Shown here one piece after another: positions 10,850-20,172 of a stretch of 64,000 bases of DNA (the first letter of the stretch is position 1; each line of letters opens with the position of its first letter). The notes under the pieces were generated by a model. The model made no database searches. It was not told where the DNA came from and was given only the letters and a program-made list of their open reading frames with translations. This stretch comes from Azolla caroliniana. Lineage: Eukaryota > Plantae > Polypodiophyta. The stretch is from assembly GCA_043228905.1 (NCBI GenBank), contig JBHGNT010000002.1:18228001-18292000 (forward strand), read 5' to 3'. Made by a program: the position numbers and the translations under genes.

Positions 10850-13441
10850 ATGGCAAGTGGTGGAGACTCTGCCGTGCTTTCCCCGCGCAAGGCACCGAGG
10901 AAACGGTTCACGCGCAAAGAGAAGGGGAAGAGGAAGATGCCGGAATTCGAAACCGGCAACGATGAGTCGGATCAGTGCGTATCCGACTCCGGAAAGGAGA
11001 AAGGTGGATCTTCGGCAATGAAGACCGAACTGGCCAAGAAGGGCCTCAAATCAGGTGACGGTGCGTTGCGTCGATCAACCCGCCAGAAGGATCCCGTCAT
11101 GCGGTACGGGTACAATGAATACATGGCGCATCATTATGCGTACATGACTAAGGTAACAGAAGTGCGTGAGCCGGAGAGCTACGCAGAAGCGGCAAAGGAC
11201 GCAAATTGGCGTGCCGCTATGGACGAAGAAATGCGGGCACTCGATGCCAACGAAACTTGGGACCTAGTTGATCCTCCCCGTCACTGTAAACCGATCGGAT
11301 GCAAGTGGGTGTACAAGGTCAAGTACAACGCCGACGGTTCTGTTAACCGGTACAAAGCCCAATTAGTGGCGAAGGGATACGCGCAGACCCACGGAATCGA
11401 TTACGATGAGACCTTCGCTCCTGTGGCGAGTATGACGATGGTTCGTGTGGTACTGGCGGTTGCTGCGGCAAGGGGGTGGCATCTTCACCAGATGGATGTG
11501 AAGAACGCCTTCCTTCAAGGAGAGCTTGAAGAAGAAGTCTTTATGACTCAACTCCCCGGATTTCACTCGGAGATGAACAAGTCGGCGGTATGCCGACTGA
11601 AGAAGTCGCTTTACGGCTTGAAGCAAGCCCCCCGAGCTTGGAACGCGAAGATCACGCACTGGTTGCGTAAGCTGGGGTTTGCTGTCTCTAAGTCGGACTC
11701 TTCGTTATTCATCCGGCAAGGCTCTGACGGTCTGGTATGTATACTCTTGTATGTGGATGATTTAGTCATCACAGGACCGGGTCTTCCCGAAATCAACCGC
11801 GTCAAGTCCCAGTTGTCGGACGCATTCGAAATGGAGGACCTGGGGGACCTTCATTATTTTCTTGGGATCGAAGTGATCCGGACCCCCGACGGCATATTGC
11901 TCTCACAACGACATTACGTGTTGAATATGTTGTATAAGTTCGGCATGACGGATTGCCGACCTGTCTCCACACCCCTGGACCGGAACCAGAAGCTCCGTCC
12001 TAATTCCGGACCGGCCTGCAATGAGAAACAGTTCCGACAGGTTGTCGGAAACCTGATCTACTTAACCATCACCCGACCCGACATCAGCTATCCGGTCAGC
12101 ATGGTGAGTCAGTTCATGCAGAAGCCGACCGTGGAGCACCTTCAGTGCGCGCAACGAATATTACGGTATGTCAGCGGCACTAAGGACCGGGGTCTGCTAT
12201 ACCGGCGAGGTATACCCGAAGAGCTTGTCGGTTACACAGATGCTGACTGGGCCGGCGATGCGTCTGATCGCCGCTCCACTTCTGGATACATGTTCTCCAT
12301 AGGTAGCGCGGCCGTTGCGTGGAGCAGCAAGAAGCAGCCCACAGTGGCTTTGTCAAGCACTGAGGCTGAGTACCGGGACGCTACCATTGCCACTTGTGAA
12401 GCCATCTGGCTTCGGCGACTGCTGCGAGACTTGCGGATCGAGGTGCCAACCCCGATCCCGATTTACTGCGATAACATGAGCAGCCTACAGCTCGCCAGGA
12501 ACCCTATGTTCCATGCTCGCACAAAGCACATCGAGGTGCACTACCACTTCGTGCGTGAGCGGATCCTGAGCGGTGAAGTTGACCTACGGTATGTTCATAC
12601 GGATCGGCAAGTTGCCGACATCTTCACCAAACCGCTCGGATCAGACAAGTTGCAGCACTTTACCGACATGCTTGGTATTCAGCATCTCGACATGCCGCAC
12701 TTGAGGAGAAGCAAGGGCAAAGTCTCTACCGAAACTGGCAAAGGCAAAAAAACTGTTGAACCCGTCGATAAGAGGAGAGCCGGAAGAAGAGGAGACAAGA
12801 AGATGAAGGAAGCCGAGTCGATGAAGGAAGTCGACACATCCGAACAGGTCGGAGCAAGCGGCTGTGAAGAAGAGTTGTGCACTCAGGAAGAGAAGTGCAT
12901 GCTGTGCGGAGGTCATCACGACGGCACTGACCATGATGCGAAGTCGAATGAAGAATTCGATTTCGGTTCACCGGCTGAAGAAGCCGAGGGAAGCATGGAT
13001 AAGGCCAAGACTCGGAAGTGGTCCGATGTGGTGAGAGGCCTGAAGCCGGAAGTCGAATCGGAGTGTATCGATTCGGACAAGAGCTGGAACGAGTCGGAGA
13101 CAACTGACTCGAATCAACAGATGGACCCGGATGAGTCGGATCGACTGAAGGCCAAGGGGACACAGACACAGCGGAAGTCGATGCCATCGTGGGAAAACCA
13201 ACGGATCGGCAAGCGCCGGAGTCACAACAACGTGACTGCTGAGATGGGCCTATTGAGCAGACATGCCGACCGAGAGGGTCGAGGCGCGCAGAACCAAAGG
13301 GGTCGCGGCAAACGGGACCGGACCGGACGAGGAGCGCGAGCAAGGCGGAGTGACGCCAAGAGAAGTCGGTTGAAAGAACCGACTGCCACAGAGGTCGACA
13401 CTACGACCCCACCTCAGGTTGAGCTTGAGGGGGAGTGTTGA
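10850..13441 (+). CDS. Copia RT-RNase H with ~240-aa C-terminal extension (open segment of pol)
   Basis: QMDVKNAFL, LYGLKQAP, LLYVDD, YTDADWA, KHIEVHYHF, ADIFTK. The frame stays open through the PPT into the 3' LTR. Confidence 0.9.
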   Translation: MASGGDSAVLSPRKAPRKRFTRKEKGKRKMPEFETGNDESDQCVSDSGKEKGGSSAMKTELAKKGLKSGDGALRRSTRQKDPVMRYGYNEYMAHHYAYMTKVTEVREPESYAEAAKDANWRAAMDEEMRALDANETWDLVDPPRHCKPIGCKWVYKVKYNADGSVNRYKAQLVAKGYAQTHGIDYDETFAPVASMTMVRVVLAVAAARGWHLHQMDVKNAFLQGELEEEVFMTQLPGFHSEMNKSAVCRLKKSLYGLKQAPRAWNAKITHWLRKLGFAVSKSDSSLFIRQGSDGLVCILLYVDDLVITGPGLPEINRVKSQLSDAFEMEDLGDLHYFLGIEVIRTPDGILLSQRHYVLNMLYKFGMTDCRPVSTPLDRNQKLRPNSGPACNEKQFRQVVGNLIYLTITRPDISYPVSMVSQFMQKPTVEHLQCAQRILRYVSGTKDRGLLYRRGIPEELVGYTDADWAGDASDRRSTSGYMFSIGSAAVAWSSKKQPTVALSSTEAEYRDATIATCEAIWLRRLLRDLRIEVPTPIPIYCDNMSSLQLARNPMFHARTKHIEVHYHFVRERILSGEVDLRYVHTDRQVADIFTKPLGSDKLQHFTDMLGIQHLDMPHLRRSKGKVSTETGKGKKTVEPVDKRRAGRRGDKKMKEAESMKEVDTSEQVGASGCEEELCTQEEKCMLCGGHHDGTDHDAKSNEEFDFGSPAEEAEGSMDKAKTRKWSDVVRGLKPEVESECIDSDKSWNESETTDSNQQMDPDESDRLKAKGTQTQRKSMPSWENQRIGKRRSHNNVTAEMGLLSRHADREGRGAQNQRGRGKRDRTGRGARARRSDAKRSRLKEPTATEVDTTTPPQVELEGEC

Positions 13442-15984
13442 GCGGCAAGCTCAACCGGAGCCGGATCGGCTGAATAAGCCGGAGCCGGTAAGCGAGACGG
13501 ATCGGGCGAAACGGATCGGTATGACGGTGAGCAACCAAATCGGCAAGCAGTGGAGGCCGGGTGCAATCCGTAACCGGCAGTCCAATCGGAAGCCTAGAAT
13601 AGGATAGACTACTAGGTATCTATAGTCTCGTAGTAAGTGTCAGATGCTCGTGTGAGCATTGAAGTACATGGTACTTTTGTCAGTCCCAAGAGGACTTGTA
13701 TAAATAGTGCTACTTAGCACAATGTGTAAACACTGAGTCTTGATATAATTTTGAAATTGTGTTCTGCTCTCTCTGTCTCTCTCGCTGTGTGTGTGTGTGT
13801 GTGTGTGTTGTTCTCTGTTTTACGCTTCCGCAAACACTTACGTTTACAACAATTTATACAAGGTTGAGTGCAGATGATGCACCCCGCCGATTCTTCCGAT
13901 ATTCCCCGGTTTCTCACTATGGCCCGGAATCTTCACGACACCGGTCCAATCCGACTTGAGATATATGGCCGAGTCGGCCATGCCATAAGTTCGAGTCCTA
14001 CGATTCGGCTATGTTCATTGCCCTTTCTGGACTGATTGTCATCAGTGGGTACAAGATGTTGTACTTGTATCCGTTCCCAATTTTTACATTTCCTCGGTTG
14101 ATCGTCCATGATGACTCAGTGAGAGTCATTCTGTACCCATCTTCGGCTAACATGCCGATGGAGACCAAACTTCTTTTCAATGTGGGTACATGTCGGACTT
14201 GATGTAGGGTGATTGTATTGTCATTTAGCAATTGAATGGAAACCTCTCTAATCCCTACGATTGCACACTCTTGCTCGTTGCCTAGTCAGATTGTGACGTT
14301 GTCACCAGCCAAATAGTTTGAGAACCATTCAATGTTCGGGGTCACGTGAAATGTGGCACTGGAGTCCAGTAACCACATTTGTGAGACTTGTGCATTGTAT
14401 AGGAATTCTCTGATCACCAAGTCCTCTAGAGAGAGAATTTCTCCATATCAAGAGTCAACAACATTGATTTGGTTGTTGTCTAGAGAATGGTTCGAGTCAT
14501 ATTGACCTGACTTCCACTCGAATCGCCGAGCGCTCTCCATCCTCTTGATCGACTAGTAGTCGGAAATATTATGACCAGTTTTTCTACAATGAGTCCAGAA
14601 ATCACTTGATCTACTATTCCTCGACTTCGACCGCCACCGATCTCCCCTCTTTCTTGGTCGACTAGTGTTCCAACTAGTTCTTTCAACTTGTTCTCTCGAT
14701 CGGCTGAATCATTCGATCGACTCGGTCAAGTGGTGGGCTTCTGCCGACTCATTGATGGTAAGTCCCATCGATTTTTGATGAATGTCCTCGGTGAGGACTT
14801 GTCCGATCGTCTCTTCTAGATTTACATTCAGATAACTATTGATGAAGGTCGTGCATAATACCTCCCAACTCACTGGCAAGCTCGAACGGAGGGCAAATGC
14901 TTTAACTTCTTCTTCAAAGTTAATCCCTTGGGAGGAGAATTTAGGTAACACCCCATTGAAGGTGTTAATGCGGGAAGTTGTTGGATCCGTCTCTCTCATC
15001 TTCATGTTGAATAACTATCTTATCAGTATCAACTTTGATGAGGAGTATTTCTTCTCATACACTGCCTGTAACTTATCCCACAAAGAGAATGTTGTTGTCT
15101 CCTTGGCCATGCTGAAATAGAAGTTCTTGGCCAGACGCAATCGAATGGTCGACCTGGCTATTTGGTCCATGGATCGTCATTCTTCTACAGACATTGAAGT
15201 TGGCTTGGTAGTGTGTCGAATAGCTTCAACTTGTCGTGAGATGATGAGTACATCCTGCATCATTTCCTTCCAAAGGGCGAAGTTCTTCCCATCGAACTTC
15301 CGGATTTCCACACTCATGTTGGACTGTGTCGCCATTCTTTTCCTGGAAGTATATGTTGTTGACCTTGTCTTTTCTTTCAACTAGATAGCTTCTCTTCTTA
15401 GTTTTTTGCTTTTCGTTGCTGTTGGACAGCAAGGTCGCTCTGATAGCGCTTGATGAAAGTATATGAATAGATATGCAAAGGAATGTGTATGAGGACCTTC
15501 TTGAGATGTACAACAAACAACCCAGATGCAAAACAAGAAGAGAAACAGAAGATGGGCATAGTTTTGAGAGCTTCAATGGAAATCCTTATTCTCTAACTCC
15601 GAGTATCAAGATTATCTTTGATACAATGTTAGGGTTGAGCTTATATACTCAAGCCCTAACTCAAAGACCTGTTCACACTAAAGATACAAAGTGGAAGGAG
15701 TCGGCCTTTTACACCAACATTTTATATAAGGATGTTTAGATGGATGTAGCTTAGTTGGTAAGGTTACTCAATGGAGACTAGGAGATCATGGGTTCAACCC
15801 TTACATTCCATAGTAACATCTCATATACATGTCAACGCAGTCACATTATCTTCCCTTTAAGGCCACCTCCCAAGACTCTTGGCCAGCTTATATGGGTACC
15901 ATTGATGAAAAGCTTGAATGGCCTCTATAGTGCATTTTGTAATTGTGTAACCAGTTCAAAATTTTGTAATTTTGTAATTGTGTA

Positions 15985-17326
15985 ACCAAGTGGCATCCAA
16001 AATGGGGTAACCTTTCCATAACACCAAATATTGAAGTTGTCGGCGATGAAAGCGGGAGTCAAGGATATGGTCAACCTAGTACTCCTCCCCTTTTGCAACT
16101 CCACGGGTGGCGATGGAGGAGGTTCTCATCCCGGAATTCGAGGAGGATGGTAGAGTTCGAGGAGGGAAATGTGGAAAACATTGTGAATCCTAAAATCTAG
16201 GGGAAGTGCTAACCTGAAGGCAACTTGGTTGACTTGCTTGATGATACAAAAAGGGGCTAACTTTTTGAAGTCCAGTTTAGCGCAAGGACATGTGGTGGTG
16301 ATGTGGCAACGTAGTAGCCAAACCATGTCGCCAACATCAAAGGGCAGCATAGCCAAGCGATGATGATCAGCCTAATCCTTATATCAATTGCCAGTGATAC
16401 GGAGTTGAAGGGAAAGGTCACGATGTACGTCTTGTAAAGTGTGGGCATGTGTCTATGTCGACGGATTGATGGAAATCGTAGGAAGGGAAATATTGAAACG
16501 AGGGTGGAACCCACAGTTTGCAAAGAACGGGGAAACCCTAGTTGAAACATGGATACTATTATTGTCATTGCAACTAAGTCAATTGAATCCTCTTGTTGGT
16601 ATCTTACGGTACACCAGAGGTATTTTTCAAGGATTTGGTTTACTCTTTTGGTTTGTTCATTGGTTTGATGGTATGTTGATGACAAGTTCACAGAACTCCC
16701 GAATATCTACAAAAGTCGTTGCCAGAAGTGGGAGACGAACCTCAGTCAGAGGTGATATCTTTGGGTAAGCTGTGTAGTCGAACGATATTTTAAAGAAAGT
16801 GTTACGTCCTCTCCTCACCCGAAACGGTTTGCAAACATGAGACAAAGTGAGTCATCTTCGAAAATCAATCAATAATCACTAGCATCATGTCATGTCCACC
16901 AACATGAGGTAGTTCAGTTATAGAGTCCATGGAGATGGAGGCCTAGGGTTGACTAAGATTTGGGAGCGGTTTGAGAAGGTCGTATGGCCAATGGTGAGTC
17001 GCTTTGGAGTGAGCACAGACATCACACGTCATGATAAGTTCTTTGACTAATTTCCAAGGTTGGGGCCACCGAAACCCCTGAGATAACAACTCTAGTGTTT
17101 TCGAGACCCCAATGTGGCAAGCAAGAGCATCATCATGACAGGTTTGTAGTACCCCAGGTGCGACATGATCCTTCTAGTGATTTCGGTAGAGTAGCCCATC
17201 CTGAGTTGTAAATTGGTTGAGATCTGAGCTTTCCATTCCCTTGGATGGGTCATTGATGTGCGCCATGATTTCGATGGTGATTGTGCATTATGTGGTTGCC
17301 TCAGTGATCTCGTTGAGCAAAGAATT
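15985..17326 (-). pseudogene. Decayed chromovirus integrase plus chromodomain (Tcn1-like)
   Basis: KLDFKKLAPF (GPF/Y motif), HNVFHISLLE, and chromodomain [11 protein letters not shown]...[15 protein letters not shown] at about 16085-15990. Confidence 0.8.
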
Positions 17327-17425
17327 TGTTAGTATAAAAGGTTAACTCCTTCCACTTTATATCCTTGGTGTAAACATGTTCCCTGGTTAGGGCTTGAGTA
17401 TATAAGCCCAACTGTGAGAGGTTGT

Positions 17426-17461
<36 letters not shown>

Positions 17462-18378
17462 ACAAAAGAGAAATACAAAGCTTTCATTATAGCTTCAACT
17501 GTGCATCTTGCTTCTTGCACACTGTTCATATTCTGATTCTCTGTCTTGTACATGTTGTTTTCTTAACACTCATCTTGCAGTTCCTCATCATTCATTGCCC
17601 ACCATAATATCTCAACATTTGGTATCAAAGCGACTTTGTCATCCAACGGCAATGAACTACAGAAAGCTAAAGAAAAGAAGCGGACTAGCTGGGAAAAAAA
17701 GACCGAGCCAACATCTACTTCTAGAAAAATGGTGACATAGTCTGGCACTAGTGTGGAAGTCCAAAAGTTCAAGATAAGGAACTTCACTTATGGAAGGAGA
17801 TGATGCAGGATGTACTGATCATCCGGTGTGAGATCGGGGCAATACGCACAACAAGCCGGATCAACCATTCCAATGCACCAATGCAAAGGAAGCGACAACA
17901 TTCTCTTTGTGGGAGAAACTTCAAGCCGTGTACGAGAAAAAGTCCTCCTCATCGAAGCTCGTATTGATTCTACAATTATTCAATATGAAGATGAGAGAGA
18001 CAGATCCAGAAACCTCCCATATCAACACCTTCAACCAGGTGTTGTCTGAGCTCTCCTCTCAAGGGATTAACTTCAAAGAAGAAGTTAAAGCCCTTGCCCT
18101 CCTCTCGAGCTTGTCGGCGAGTTAGGAGGTATTCTACACGACATTCGCCAATAGTTTTCCAAATCTCAATGGACAAAAAAATCGAACAAGTTCTCACAGA
18201 GGATATTCGGCGAAAACCGATGGGCCTCACCATCGATGAATTGGCAGAAGCCCACCACTCGGCCGAGTCACCCTAAAGAACCGGCGGAAGTACTGGTCGA
18301 CCAAGAAGGAGGGGACAATCGGCAAAGGTCAAAATCAAGGAATGGGCGGACAAATGCCTTCTGCACCCACTGCAGAAA
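17327..18378 (+). mobile_element. 5' fragment of a Copia (LTR, PBS, gag), same family as the 5282-15840 host
   Basis: LTR TGTTAG...TCAACA about 17327-17617, PBS TGGTATCAAAGC near 17620, gag colinear with the minus-strand gag at 15333-14600. Confidence 0.82.
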
Positions 18379-20172
18379 TGTTGGGAAACAAGTCCCTTCG
18401 GATGGGAAGCCTGAGGCAGACTAGAGCCCGAGGAACCAGCCCTGGATGGGAAGTAGAGCACAAGCCAGATAAGTTAAATCCAAGGAGAAGAAAGACCGGA
18501 TCCGAATCCAAATCAATGTCCAAATCGGATCCGGATAGGCATCCAGAAGAGGCCATATATGTAAATAAGTTTTGTGTTGTGCCTATTTAGGCCAGATTTG
18601 TAAATAGCCCTAAAGTTGTATTAGTATAAATACAACTAGGGCAAATCATTGTATTATGATGGATATAGTTGTTGATGGTGGTTGCCACTGTAACTAACGG
18701 AGAGAGGCTGAGGGATAGAGTTAGAAATAACCGTTGTAACCGTCTGTTAGACGAAGACGAGCTCGAGGTCGTTGCCTACGAGTCTCCCTATACTTTCTCA
18801 TACATAGTGTAACAATTCGGGGTCTATGAGCCCCGTTTTTCCCGTTCAGGGTTTTCCACGTAAACATCCTCTGTCATCTCATCTTTGTGTTCATTCATTT
18901 TTCTTATTCTTGCATTCTTCAAGTGAGTATAATCGGTTGTGGCCGACCTTATTCACTACAAACTGGTATCAAAGCGATGGACGAACATTTTGGTGGAATG
19001 TTCAAGTTAACTAGCGCCAACTACTCAGTGTGGAAGTCAACGATGTGAGACATGTTGGTTTGCAAGGACCTATGGCTACGAGTGCAATATGGCAAGACCA
19101 AACCCGACAAGATCGATGCATCGACGTGGGAAGTCATGCATTTGAAGGCAGCAACGTACATAAGGTGTTTTATAGACACGAGTCTATACAACAACTTCAA
19201 CGAGGAGACAAACATTGAAGTTTGAGAACAAATTTAATGTTGTAAACAGAGTCTCCGTGTTCCGGACGAATGTGAGACTCCGGTATCAAGATGGCTCCAA
19301 CATGGCGAAGCATCTGAACACCTTCCAAGGGCTCATAAACTAGACCACCTCTGTAGAAGTACCTCTTGCCGACGAGGTACTGACATTGTTATTGCTAGGA
19401 TCCCTTCTAGACAGTTGGGAAACGTTGGTTGTCACTTTGGGTAACATCGAACCAGAAGGGAAGCATCTATCCCTAGAGATGGTGAAGTCAAGCTTTCTAA
19501 ATGAGGAAGCTCTCCGGAAGGACATAGAGTCCATTATTGACCCGAAGGCCTTAGTCACAAAAGGTGACATGAACCAGGGAAGAGGCCGGAATAGAAGTCC
19601 TTAGAACCGGGAGAAGTCGGGGACGAGGTCAGAGTCAAGGGGGAGGCCCACGTGCTTCTAGTGTGGGAAATTGAGGCACTTCCAGAAGAATTTCCAGCAC
19701 GACCGGAAAGACAAAAGGGGAGTTGATGGTGTAGAGCCGAAGAAGATTCCGGACAACAAGAACAACTCAGCAATAGCCGCAAGGGAGGAAGAGTTGTTGT
19801 TGATCAATAAACAAAATGAAGTTAATCTTGCCTGCGAAGAATCAACATGGGTGGTCCATTCCAGTGCATTGTTTCACCTAACCCCCAACGGAGGATGCTT
19901 CTCATCATACAAGGCCGGTGATCACGGATATGAAGATGGAAAATGACGGCATATGCAAAACAGTCGGAATCAAAGAAATGTGTTTTGCTAACATCAACAA
20001 ATTCCAGAATGGAGTTGAGGGACATGCGCCATGATCCGGACATCAAATTGAATCTAATTTCGACCAAGCACGTCGATGAAGAAGGTTACAATGGTACATT
20101 CCGGAACGGCACCTGAAAATTCTACAAGGGAAATCTTATTGTGGCTCGTGCCCGAAAGCAAAGCACACTATA
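18379..20172 (+). mobile_element. 5' fragment of a second Copia (LTR 18379-18960, PBS, gag-protease)
   Basis: LTR TGTTGGGAAA...CACTACA, PBS TGGTATCAAAGC at 18964, decayed gag LLLGSLLDSWETLVVTL and protease WVVHSSA. Confidence 0.82.

Larger units (their letters stand above)
7935..13848 (+). mobile_element. Full-length Ty1/Copia element, defective
   Basis: LTRs 7935-8345 and 13436-13848 differ by about 10 substitutions plus one TG indel (by eye). TSD ACAAT, PBS TGGTATCAGAGC 8346-8357, PPT GAGGGGGAG before 13436. Confidence 0.97.
7294..13940 (-). mobile_element. Solo LTR (~728 bp) of the TGTCG lineage, split by a nested Copia
   Basis: Read on the minus strand the termini are TGTCGTGAAG...GCGACA, as in LTR 4665-5281. 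TSD TCGG/CCGG (one mismatch). Removing it restores the host frame G-L-D-R-L-M-A. Contains (GA)n at 7410-7469. Confidence 0.85.
5282..15840 (-). mobile_element. Degraded Ty1/Copia host element, interrupted by several insertions
   Basis: Gag start MATQSNMSVEIRKFDGKNFALWK near 15333, protease WLLDSSA near 14370, pre-integrase LWHGRLGH near 13980, integrase VHTDICG near 7150 and KCIFLGY near 6570. Degenerate PBS at 15437-15448; 5' LTR about 15450-15840, right edge approximate. Confidence 0.85.
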
